Positions 1-11,125 of a DNA stretch of 64,000 bases are shown here, in pieces. This DNA comes from Somniosus microcephalus (Eukaryota): assembly GCA_052327205.1 (NCBI GenBank), contig CM126216.1:69192001-69256000 (forward strand). Reading direction: 5' to 3'. The number at the start of each line of letters is the position of its first letter. Positions within the stretch are counted from its first letter, which is position 1. The notes beneath the pieces were generated by a model. The model was not told where the DNA came from. It saw only the letters and a list, made by a program, of their open reading frames with translations, and made no database searches. Both the position numbers and the translations under genes were made by a program.

Positions 1-686
1 TAATTCTTTGCCCTCTGGAGAAGAGGGGTGAAATTGTGGGGCAGTGTTATTTGGTAATTACATTTTGTTTCTGACACTGCTTTTTGCTATATGCAATAGA
101 TTTATACAACATACATTTGAGCCCTAAATTGCTCTGGGGTTGATTCCAGACTTTTAAAAAGTTTATATTTTTAATGTTTATATATTTTGGCACCAATGTT
201 CTTCCCTTCACAAAGTATCAACTCCTGCTTAAGTACAGTTCCTAGGCACTGGGTGCCTTACTCAAATGGCCATTCTTCATGTGAGGCCAGGCAGTGAATG
301 TTGGCTGGCTACTTAATTGTGAAAGGGTATCTCAACTGAGCCTGTCAAGGTTTTCAAATGATGTTCATGTATACTTCTAGCAGAGGTCACTTGATGGACA
401 AGGATGATTATCCTGATTTTTACCTCCCACCCTAGGGGCCCAATGCCAGTTGTAGCGCCCCAGCTGAGCGCCAATAACTCACCAAAGATCGAATTTGGGG
501 GCTTCTCTACACTTCTACACGTAGAAGTTTGAGGAAACCGAATTGGGATGCAGTTATAAATACCTGTACAGAAGCCCATGTAAAGTTTTGCTCCGCTTCT
601 GAAATGTTACGTTGTAATTGGAAGTCTGTTCTTCATGGTCTGCATTTTAGTTTTTTTTTTAATGCTGCTTACCTTTTTATTTTCAG

Positions 687-785
687 GCAACATATTTATA
701 TCCAAAAAATTAGTCACTAATTCAGTGGCAGATGAGATGGATGATGATGACTGCATATTGTCAACAAATATTATATACAAAATAG
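687..785 (+). CDS. WEE1: WEE1 kinase coding exon (NIFISKK...IIYKIG)
   Basis: tttcag|GC AAC ATA TTT ATA TCC...AAA ATA G|gtagg. Encodes the kinase segment after the catalytic loop; phase joins the next exon to give KIGDLG. Confidence 0.93.
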
Positions 786-924
786 GTAGGATCAGTTGCT
801 TCAGAATTAATGTTTGAAAAATTATGGGATTTTGAGTAAATAAGGAGAAACTATTTCCACTGGCAGGTGGGCAGTAACCACAGGAAGCAGATTTAGGATG
901 ATTGACAGGAGAAACAGGAGCTGA

Positions 925-1081
925 GCTTTCTTTACGCAACAGGTTCTCATGTGGAATGCACTGCGTGAAAGGGCGTGAAAGCAGATTTAATAATAACTCG
1001 AGGGAATTGGATAGATACTTGAAAAGAAAAAAATGACAGGGCTATGGAGAAACAGCAGGAAAGTGAGACTAATAGAATAGC
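925..1081 (+). mobile_element. CR1 LINE 3' fragment (tail resumes ~2788-2980)
   Basis: Degenerate FFTQ..WNAL 3' end; tail continues after the Penelope insertion. Confidence 0.6.
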
Positions 1082-2787
1082 AAAATACTGCGGATGCTGA
1101 AAATCTGAAATAACAACAGAAAATGCTGGAAATACTCAGCAGGCCAGGCAGCATCTGTGGAGAAGAGTTAACGTTTCAGGTCTGGGACCCTTCATCAGAA
1201 CTGGAAAAAGCTGGAGATGTAACCGATATTAAGCAGGTGCAGAGACAGTGGGGGGGGTGGCAGCGTTAGGAGGGGAGGGAGGAATTGAAAGAACATCCTG
1301 TACTTTTGTAAGAGGCAGGAAAGATAAAATGTTGCAAATGGGAGTGGCAAAAATCATACTGCATGAAAAATGGGGGCAGGGATAATTATCTGAAATTGTT
1401 GAACTCGATATTGAGTCCGGCAGACTGTAAAGTGCCCAATCGAATTGAAAGATATTCCTCGAGCTTCATTGGAACAAAGTAATAGCCCGAGGACAGAGAG
1501 ATCAGAGCGGGAGTGAAGCGGTGAATTAAAGTGACAGGCGACCGGAAGTTCAGGGTCACCCTTACGGACTGAATGAAGGTGTTCCGCAAAGCGGTCGCCC
1601 AATCTGCATTTGGTCTCCCCAGTGTAGAGGAGACCGCATCGTGAGCAGTGAATACAGTATATTAAATTGCAAGAAGTACAAGTAAATCACTGTTTCACCT
1701 GGAAGGGGTGTTTGGGGCCCTGGACAGTGGGAAGGGAGGAGGTAAAAGGGCATGTATTGCATCTCCTGCGCTTGCACGGGAAGGTGCCAGGTGAAGGAGA
1801 AGGGCTGTTGGGGGTGATTGAGGAGTGGACCAGGGTGCCATGGAGGGAGCGGTCCCTTCGGAATGCTGAAAGGGGAGGTGAGGGGAAGATGTGTTTGGTG
1901 GTGGGATCACGTTGGAGGTGGCGGAGCATGATCCGTTGAATGTGGAGGCTGGTGGGGTGAAAGGTGAGGACAAGGGGAACCCTATCGTGGTTCTGGGAGG
2001 GAGGGGAAGGGGTGAGAGCAGAAGTGCGGGAAATAGACCAGACACAGTCAAGGGCTGTGTCAACCACAGTAGAGGGGAATCCTCGGTTGAGGAAAAAGGA
2101 AGACATGTCGGAAGCACTAGTATGGAAGGTGGCATCGTCAGAACAGATGCGGCGGAGACTGAGAAACTGGGAGAATGGAATAGAGTTCTTACAGGAAGCG
2201 GGGTGGGAGGAAGTGTAGTCCAGGTAGCTGTGGGAGTCGGTGGGCTTGTAGTGGATGTTTGTCGAAAGCCGATCGCCAGAAATGGAGACGGAGAAGTCAA
2301 GGAAGGGAAGAGTCAGAGATGGACCATGTGAAGGTGAGGGAAGGGTGAAAATTGGAAGTAAAGTGAATGAACTTATCTAGTTCAGGGCGAGAGCAGGAAA
2401 CGGCACCAATACAGTTATCGATGTACCAGAAAAAGAGGTGAGGGAGGGGACCGGAACAAAGAATGTTCCACATATCCCATGAACAGGCAGGCATAGCTAG
2501 GGCCCATGCGGGTTCCCATAGCAACACCTTTAATTTGGAGGAAGTGAGTGGAGTCAAAGAAGAAGTTGCTCAATGTGAGAACAAGTTCAGCCAGGCGGCG
2601 GAGGGTGGTGGTGGATGGGGACTGGTTGGGCCTCTGTTCAAGGAAGAAACGGAGCACCCGAAGGCCGTCCTGGTGGGGGATGGAGGTGTAGAGGGATTGG
2701 ACGTCCATAGTGAAAAGGAGACGGTTGGGGCCAGGAAACTGTTAAAGTGGCGGAGGGTGTCCAAAGAGTCGCAAATTTAGGTGGGAA
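1082..2787 (-). mobile_element. Penelope-like retroelement, 5'-truncated and decayed (RT + GIY-YIG)
   Basis: Minus-strand fragments MDVQSLYTSIPH, GVAMGTRMGPSYACLF, YIDNC, DRFAEH...VACHFN. Terminal-repeat sequence at 1082-1205. Imperfect 17-bp duplication at 1065-1081 / 2788-2804. Confidence 0.9.
1166..1202 (-). ncRNA. Putative minimal hammerhead ribozyme in Penelope terminal repeat
   Basis: Minus strand AGTT-CTGATGA-AGGGTCCCAGACCT-GAAAC-GTT-AACT: both core boxes, stem II and stem I; stem III is only a short palindrome. Confidence 0.6.
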
Positions 2788-3029
2788 GAGACTAATTGGA
2801 TAGCTCTTTCATAGAGCCAGAACATTCAGTTAGATAATGACTGATCTGTATCGCAACTCCGCATCTACCCGCCTTGGCTACGCAACAGCTTTTTGGGAGA
2901 GTTCCAGATTTCCACTACCCTTTTTGTGTGAAGTGCTTTCTGATGGGCTGACTGGCCTTTTTTTGTGCTATAAGATTCTATAAATTTAAATTTGGTATGT
3001 AACTTCTTCAAATTTGCTTTTACAATCAG

Positions 3030-3115
3030 GTGATCTTGGACATGTTACTCGTGTATCCAATCCTCACGTAGAGGAGGGAGACAGCCGGTTCTTGGCCAAC
3101 GAAGTACTGCAAGAG
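3030..3115 (+). CDS. WEE1: WEE1 coding exon ([29 protein letters not shown])
   Basis: cag|GT GAT CTT GGA...CAA GAG|gtagt; 86 nt. Contains the Wee1-family DLG and EGD motifs. Confidence 0.96.
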
Positions 3116-3564
3116 GTAGTGTTTACGATTGTTGCAGTAGATATGTAGAATGTGTATGCTTGACTGAACCTAAGCAAAGGACCTGAAATTATAACTTTGC
3201 GTCTTCCCCCAATCAAAAAGGGATACTCTTGTTTTTTTTTAATCCTATGACTTAACTGAAAACGTGACTTTCCACCATTTGTACCAGCAATTTTGCTGCA
3301 GACTGAGTTGAATAAAGAAAAATAATAATTCAGTATATAGAGCATGTGGTTGGTGTTTGAGACCTCTGAACTACTGATCTATTCGGTCAAGCCTATTTAA
3401 GGAAGCTACCCCTTCCATCAGTTCAAATGAACTTGCATTAAATGTTGAATAAACAGCCAAAACTGTTTCATCAATTTGTCACTTAATACAAAATTGGCTA
3501 CTCCTACTTGCCATAGCAATGCTCCTTGTAGATCAGGGAGGTAGGTTTCCCCACCACGTCAATG

Positions 3565-5575
3565 TCTTAAATCAATTTGATATGTTTTGTATGCTGTTTG
3601 TGCCCAAGGCGCAGTATCAAAACTGCTCTAGTCAAAGTCACAAATGACATCCTTTGTGACTGTGACAAAGGTACACTATTCCTCTTTGTCCTCCTTGACT
3701 TTTCTGCGGCCGTTGACACAGTTGACCACTCCATCTTTCTCGAACGCCTCTCCACTGTCGCCCAGCTGGCTGGGACTCCACTCGAGAATCACCTGCAATG
3801 GCTTCTCTTCCCACTCCCACATCGTTACCTCTGGTGTCCCCCAAGGATCTATCCTTGGCCCCCTCCTATTTCTCATCTACATGTCGCCCCTTGGCGACAT
3901 CATCCGAAAGTACAGTGTCAGTTTCCACATGTACGCTGATGACCCCCAGCTCTACCTCACTGCCACTTTTCTCGACCCCCTCCACGGTCTCTAAGTCTGA
4001 CATCCAGTTCTGGACAAGCAGTAATTTTCTCCAATTAAATATTGTGAAAACTGAAGCCATTGTTTTCGGTCCCCGACACATTCCATTCCCTAGCCACTGA
4101 CTCCATCCCTCTCCCCAACAACTTTGAGGTGGAACCACACTGTTCGCAACCTTGGTGTCGTATTTGACCCTGAAATGGGCTTCCGACCACATCAGCAGCA
4201 TAATTAAGACCGCCTATATCCACCTCCGTAACCTCGCCCGCCTCCACCCTTGCCTCAGCTCATCCGCTGCTGAAACCCTCATCCATGCCTTTGTTACACT
4301 AGACTTGACTATTCCAATGCACTCCTGGTTGGCCTCACATTCTACCCTATGTAAATTTGAGGTGATCCAAAACTTGACTGCCTGTGTCCTTACTCGCACC
4401 AAGTCCCATTCACCCATCACCCATGTGCTCGCTGACCTACATTGGTTCCCAGTTAAGCAACACCTCGATTTCAAAATTCTCATCCTTGTTTTCAAATCTC
4501 TTCATGGTCTCGCCCCTCCCTATCTCTAATCTCCTTCAGCCCCAAAACACCTCCGCCTCGCTATAAGAACATAAGAAATAGGAGCAGGAGTAGGCCCTTC
4601 GATGAGATCATGGCTGATCTGCCTCAACTCCATTCACCGGCCCTATCACCATATCCCTTGATGCCCTTGCTAGTCAGAAATCTATCGACTTCTGTTTTGA
4701 ATATACCCAATAACTGAACCTCCACGGCCCTTTGGGGTAGAGAATTCCAAAGATTCACCACCCTCTGTAGAAATTTCTTCTCATCTCAGTCCTGAATGGC
4801 CTACCCTTTATCCTGAGGCTGTGGCCCCTGGTTCTAGACTCCCCAGCCAAGGGAAACATTCTCCCAGCATCCACCCTATCAAGCCCTGTAATCATTTTGT
4901 ATGCTTCAATGAGATCCCCTCATTCTTCTGAATTCAAGAGAATACAGGCCTAGTTTACTCAATCCCTTCTCATACGACAGTCTCGCCATCCCAGGAATCA
5001 ATCTCGTGAACCTTTGTTGCACTCCCTCTATGGCAAGTATATCCTTCCTTAGGTAAGAAGACCAAAATTGTACACACTACTCCAGGTGTGGTCTCACCAA
5101 GGCCCTATATAATTGGAGTAAGACTTCTTTACCCCTGTACTCAAATCCTCTTGTAATGAAGGCCAGCATACCATTTGCCTTCCTAATGGCTTGCTGCACA
5201 TTCACTTTCAGTGACTCATGTACAAGGACACCCAGATCCCTTTGAGCATCTGCATTCCCCAATCTTTCACCATTTAGGAAATACTCTGCCTTTCTGTTTT
5301 TTCTACCAAAGTGGATAACTTCACATTTATCCACATTATATTCCATCTGCCATGTTCTCACCCACTTACTGAGCCTGTCGAGATTCCCTTGAAGCCTCTT
5401 CACATTCTTCCTTTAAGACGCTCCTTAAAACCTACCTCTTTGACCAAGCTTTTGATCACCTGCCCTAATTTCTGCTTATGTGGCTTGGTGCCAAATTTTT
5501 TGTCTTCTAATACTCCAGTGATGCGCCTTGGGACGTTTTACTACATTAAAGGCGCTATATAAATACAAGTTGTTT
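3565..5575 (+). mobile_element. L2 LINE 3' part, interrupted by CR1 at ~4563-5403
   Basis: [31 protein letters not shown]2-type tail (cttaaaacctacctctttgacc...aaggcgctatataaat) at 5410-5570. Confidence 0.85.
4563..5403 (-). mobile_element. CR1 LINE 3' fragment
   Basis: WQMEYNVDKCEVIHFG...QLYRALVRPHLE on minus; repeated TAAGAACA-type tail at the left. Confidence 0.88.
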
Positions 5576-5773
5576 TATCTTCAACCCAGAAAGTTGGTGA
5601 ACTGTGGATGTGGGTTTTAGCAAGTTGCATGATTGAGTTAATTTTATTTGAATCTCCCTTTACTGTGTGTGGTTCCTAACTGCACAGATCTTTCTTCTTT
5701 ACCCTTCTATCTTCAATTGAGTCTTGTTCTTTACTATGGTATCTTTATCAAATATTTTGTATTTGTATTTCAG

Positions 5774-5944
5774 GATTATAGACATTTGTTGAAAGCAGAT
5801 ATTTTTGCTCTTGCACTCACTGTTATATCTGCTGCTGGTGCAGAGCCATTGCCAACCAATGGAGAAAAATGGCACGAGATTCGCCGAGGAAAACTTCCGA
5901 CAATTCCGCAAACACACTCGCAGGAATTTTTGGATTTATTGAAA
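5774..5944 (+). CDS. WEE1: WEE1 coding exon (DYRHLLKADIFALALT...EFLDLLK)
   Basis: tttcag|GAT...TTG AAA|gtaaga; 171 nt; kinase subdomain IX KADIFAL. Confidence 0.96.
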
Positions 5945-6102
5945 GTAAGATATTTGACTAGCAAAATTGTTTTAGGTTTTGGTTTGTGCCTCTCGGTTGT
6001 TTTCTGTAGGGAAGGGGAAATTTTCAAGTATGAGGTTTGTTTAAGTTGTTGCATTCTTGTGAAAAATAGATGCCTACTTCAAATACAAATTTTCTCTTTC
6101 AG

Positions 6103-6248
6103 TTAATGCTCCATCCAGATCCGGAGAAACGGCCCACTGCAGGTGCTTTAATCAGACATTCAGTGTTGCTTCCAACTGCAAGGAAGAGTGCAGATCAACT
6201 TCGGTTAGAACTGAACGCCGAAAAATTCAAAAATGCACTTTTGCAAAA
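6103..6248 (+). CDS. WEE1: WEE1 coding exon (LMLHPDPEKRPTA...KFKNALLQK)
   Basis: tttcag|TTA ATG CTC CAT CCA GAT...CAA AA|gtaagc; 146 nt; kinase subdomain XI and start of the C-terminal coiled coil. Confidence 0.96.
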
Positions 6249-6940
6249 GTAAGCTTTTCTCCTACAGTAGGTAGTCAACTTGTATTTAAGATCACTTGTA
6301 CTTCAACATTTGAACTCGCTTCATACATGCAGAAACTAAAATTAATAGTGTAAACATTGTGACAATTTACACTATCTACTGTTAATCTATCAAACTCTAA
6401 TCCATATTTGTAGATTTTATGATGAATATTCTAGCTATATTTTTGTACCGTAAAGGTGGAATTTTTTATGTTTCAGAACCAGTACCTTATTTCAATCTTT
6501 TGGAAATACTGATCAATATATTGATCACAGAAATTAGAACTTAAATGTACGGTTTGAGCTCTCCAATGATTCAAAGTTTAGGCAGTGAATAATTGAGCCA
6601 TACAGATCAGAAATGTATGAGGTTTAACCTGTATGTGCTGAGCTGGCTTATCTCAACTGGTGTGGTGGGTACAAGTTCTATCGTCGCTCCAAATGCCCCT
6701 GGGTTTCTGCCCCTGTGTTGCTGTCCCTGCTGAAAATGCAAGTCCAGATTGGAATGTTGACATCGTCGAAGCTTGGGTTGTTTTTTTGTTGCATGTTTCG
6801 TCTGCTGTTCTGATATCCTGCTTTTGTCTGGCTTACTTTTCCTCAAGCATTCTCATACTTTTGCAGCCCCCCCCCGCCCCCCCTGTCTATTATTGAGTCC
6901 ATGTTTTGCCAAAGTAAATATGCACTAGTGGCAAATTATT

Positions 6941-7298
6941 GGCCCGTAATTTCCGATAGGAGGCTTCCTGCGTGCGGATGCCTCCTATCGGGGGGTGGGG
7001 GGGGGGATCTACGCACTTACCTGAGGGCTCCCAAGGTCCAGACACTTCCGCTCCTGGGCCTCTCCACAGTCGAAATGCGCAGGGCCCACGTATCCCAGGG
7101 GCGCAGGCAGTTTGCAAGCGTCCCTGGGATCGCATGGGGCAGGTGAGCCAATAGGAGAAGGGAATTTCCCTTCATACTTTTGAAAGATGGACCTGAAGGC
7201 CTGTTTCAGGCTTCACATGCCTGAAACCGACATTTCTGATGTCCCTGCGGGTATGTACACTGCTCATACACACCTGTAGGCATCGGAAAATACAGGCC
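6941..7298. mobile_element. PIF/Harbinger-type MITE
   Basis: TIRs GGCCCGTAATTTCCGAT / ATCGGAAAATACAGGCC; 3-bp TSD ATT on both sides. Confidence 0.8.
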
Positions 7299-7422
7299 AT
7301 TAACTTTTTTCTGTCTCCCCTCTTTCGCCCCTCCGCCCTCTTTCCACCTTCCCCCCCCCCCCCCCCCCCCGGTTGCCTTCGGACCATCTATGTGCCTCAG
7401 CTATTCACTGGTTAAACACATT

Positions 7423-8109
7423 GGCCTAGAAATTCAGTGGGCTTTGCGCCCAGTTACCGCCCAAAGAGGGCTTCTGCGCCACTTGAGGAGTTTGCGCTGA
7501 TATTCAGTGCTGCGGTAATGGCGGCGGTAGCCGGTAGCGCTGCGCTGACACCGATGCGCATACCGATGACGTCAGTGTCCCGGTTCCGCCCCGCTACCGG
7601 CCCGACCCCCCATATTTAGTTGCGGCCGCAAACAACGATGTGAAGACGGGGCCGTCCTGCAGCCTCAGTGGGGCGAGTTAAGGCGGAGGTGCGGCCAGCC
7701 GCTTTTTCGGCGGCCGCCTGCCCGCACCTCCTTCCCCGGCCTCCTCTCCTCCCCCCCCCCCCCGGCATTGCCAGCTGTTTTCCGGGAGCCTGGCACTTCT
7801 CCGTGGTGCCGGGCTCATTTGCCGGCACTATCAAGCGGCGATCTCCCCGTTGCAGGCACCTCCCCCTTAAGAGAAGGAGGAAGGCCTGCAGTACCGCAGC
7901 CTGCCGCGCCGCAGCGGGTGGCGCTGCGGCACCTAGCGCGCCGAAATTCAGTTTCAGCGCCCCAAGTGGGGGCGGGCACACCCTGGAATAGCGGCCGGTT
8001 TCGACTTGGGGCGCAGAAACTGAATTTCCGACGGGCGCAACTGGCTCCGCGCGCAGCGCTAACTTCTGGACGCTAGCCAGCTGGCGGGCCCAAAGTGAAT
8101 TTCTAGCCC
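7423..8109. mobile_element. PIF/Harbinger-type MITE, GC-rich
   Basis: TIRs GGCCTAGAAATTCA / TGAATTTCTAGCCC; TSD ATT at 7420-7422 and 8110-8112; many CpGs retained. Confidence 0.85.
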
Positions 8110-8457
8110 ATTATATCCTCCAGATATATTAGAAAATGAAGTATAGGAATGCAACTCGGGTAAAATGAATACATTTTTAAATAACTAGTGGAAATTTTAG
8201 TAACAACGAAGTTAATTTGCATGACAATGAAGGATGGAATAATTGTCTGCATCATTGTCGGATTACAACATTCTTTTGTGCTCCCCTATTAATTCAACAC
8301 TCGGAATTGTTTTTGTGTACCTGTCCTTGTCGGAACACACCGTCCTTCCATCAATTTGTTGTCCAAGAAGGAAGTTTTTAAAAAAAAGAGTAATCCTCCT
8401 TTTCCATAATATTTCTGGAATTGAGATGCTGCATTAAATATTTTTTTATCATTTCAG

Positions 8458-8611
8458 AGAACTGAAGAAGGCACAAATGGCAAAAGCAGCAGCTGAAGAG
8501 AGAGTGTTGTTCACCGACCGAATGACAACTCGGTCTACAGTGCAGAGTAACAGAAGTACAAGGATCATTGGGAAAAAGATCAACCGTTCGCTCAGCCTTA
8601 CAATATATTGA
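8458..8611 (+). CDS. WEE1: WEE1 last coding exon (ELKKAQMAKAAAEER...NRSLSLTIY*)
   Basis: tttcag|A GAA CTG...ATA TAT TGA. C-terminus matches the vertebrate WEE1 end; adjacency to SWAP70 supports WEE1 rather than WEE2. Confidence 0.96.
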
Positions 8612-9335
8612 AATCTTGTAGATGACTGGGCTGATTTTTTTTTTTAAACTGGGGATTTTTTTTTGTGCGAGTTGTTGCCAGTTTAGTTATCACACAACTG
8701 TAGGATCCACTGAATATTCTTGTGTGCAAAATTTGGTTAGGCTATAGCATTTCTGCTGCCTATATCGTCTTAATTATTTTTCAATTTTTAGTGTGCCTTT
8801 TGAATAAAGAGGACAAAGATTGATTAAAGAAGATATTGGGACATTTTTATTGAGTGGCTTGTACACCATGAATTCTGCAAATCTGCCTTGTTTCAGGTTT
8901 AAAACTTGCATTGTGTACATCTGGAGGATGTAATTGAACCATGTTATACATTGTACTGGGAGCACTTTGTAGGCATTGGAGGTCCATGGCATGAAACTAT
9001 GGATGAACTTGTCTTGGAAAAACTGCTGCTATATTAGTCAGTGTTGTACACTTGCTGTAAAATTCAGTTAGCATTATAAACAATCATTGCTGTATTAGAA
9101 ATAGGCTTTTTGGAGAATACTTTTAATTATGTGAATTAAAGAAAATAACAGTTGTTCACTGTTTACTGCTTGTATTTAGAGCAGTTCTTATATTAAGCTA
9201 GTGCATTGTAGAGAAACATTGCACCTTTTTTGTGTTTCTTGAAGTGTTTCTATTTTCTGTACTTTTAAATTGTAAATTGTGGTGGTCGGTCACTTAACCG
9301 TCTTGTCCAATAAACTGGTGTACATTTGTAAATGT
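8612..9335 (+). promoter_or_regulatory. WEE1: WEE1 3' UTR with polyadenylation signal
   Basis: AT-rich and TE-free after the stop; AATAAA at 8803-8808 and 9309-9314; cleavage site inferred. Confidence 0.7.
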
Positions 9336-9869
9336 AAATTTTGGTGTGAAGATTATTAGCATTATATGCTTAATTACATAAAATGACCAACAGATGGATT
9401 TTAGTTCCTGAAAATTCAGTGGAAAATTAAATAAGTTCCAGACCCGAAGTGGACTCTTGATGCACTTACTGATCATCTTGGTAAGGGTGATAGCCTTACT
9501 GATTGGGGGGTGGGGGGGGAACATTCATTTGTCTTAACATGTTAAACCATGATTCAAAGTACTTTATGTAGTAATTTTGATTTCAGGTGTTCTTATTAGA
9601 TGGATCTTTTACGTCACAGCCAAGAATTAAAACCTGCATCTGCAGTATAGTGTATTTGAGTAGATTCATTTGAGAGGAAGGGACTGAGTTGAATGTAGAT
9701 GGAAAATTTAGGAGATTATTTAAAAGTCTATTGCTTTTAAAGGTAGTGAAAGATGGCATAAATCTGAGGGAAATATTTTTCCCTGACTTGTATTTATATG
9801 GGGCCTTGTTGCATGAAAACATCCAAGTGCTTCACAAGAAGTTTAGTGTAAGCCAATGTCACTCCATTA

Positions 9870-11125
9870 TTTAAGCAGGGTAGGAGAGATAAACTAGGAA
9901 ATTATAGGCCCATTAGTCAGTTAGTTGTGGGGAAATTACTAGAATATATTAGGGATGGAGTGACTGAGCATTTGGAGAACTAGGAGCTGATCAGAGAGAG
10001 CCAGCATAGATTTGTAAAGGGTAAGTCATGTCTTATGAACCTAGTTGATTTTTGAGGTAACTAATGTGGTAGATAAGGGAGTGTCTATGGATGTTATTTA
10101 TATGGATGTCCAGAAGGCATTCAACAAGGTTCCACATAAGAAACTGTTAACAAAAATGAGATTACAAGGAATTGGAAGCAACCTATTGGTTAGGAGGTAG
10201 GACACAAGAGTTGGGATAATGGGTATGTACTCATTGGGTGTGACTGGTGGTGTCTGGTAGGGATCTGAACTGGGACCTTGGCTTTTCACTAATAAGTGAC
10301 TTGGATAAAGGAATAGAGAGCTGTATATTTAAGTTTGCTGGCGACACTAAGTTAGGTGGCACAGTAACTTTGGAGCAGAATGTTACAAAGGGAGGTTGAT
10401 ATATTTCAGTGAGTGGGCAAAATTGCCAGATGGACTTCAATGTGGGAAAGTATGAGATCATCCACTTTGGACCTCAAAAATAGATCAGTGTATTTTCTAA
10501 ATGGTGAGAAGCTAGGAACTGTGGCTAAGCAGAGAAATGTAGGGGTCCATGTACAGAAATCACTAAAGTAGTGGACAGGTACAAAAAATAATTAAAAAGG
10601 CTAATGGAATGTTGGCCTTTACTTCAAAGGGGCTGGAATACAATGGGGTAGAAGTTATGTTACAGCTGTACAGAGCTCTGGTTGGACCCCATCTGGAGTA
10701 CTGCATTCATTTCTGGGCACCTCACCTCGGGAAGGGTATATTGGCCTTGGAGAGGATGCAGTGCAGATTCACCAGAGTGATACTGGGGCTAAAAGGGTTA
10801 AATTATGAGGACAGGTTGCATGGACTAGACTTGTATTCCCTTGAATATAGAAGATTAAAGGGTGATCTAATTGAAATGTTTATGATTAAAAGATTCGATA
10901 GGGACAAACTCTTTCCTCTGGGAGAGTCTGGAACAAGAGGGCATAATCTTAATTAGAGCCAGGCCATTCAGGGGTGATGTCAGAAAGCACGTCTTCACAC
11001 AAAGGGTAGTGGAAATCTGGAACTCTCCCAAAAAGCTGTTGCGTAGCCAAGGCGGGTAGATGGAGTTGCGATACAGATCAGTCATTATCTAACTGGCGGA
11101 ACAGGCTCAAGGGGCAGAATGATGT
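9870..11125 (+). mobile_element. CR1 LINE 3' portion, decayed
   Basis: Broken RT (MDVQKAFNKVPH, KFAGDTK) and LYRALVGPHLEYC; 3' UTR has an internal deletion. Confidence 0.85.

Noticed and set aside
240-515. Old dispersed repeat (similar pieces at ~6610-6800, 27830-28110, 42230-42440, 50680-50900)
   Set aside because: Probably an ancient SINE, but too decayed to bound or name by eye.
7423-8109. CpG-island promoter or Ala/Pro-rich ORFs
   Set aside because: Bounded by TIRs and an ATT TSD; it is a MITE.
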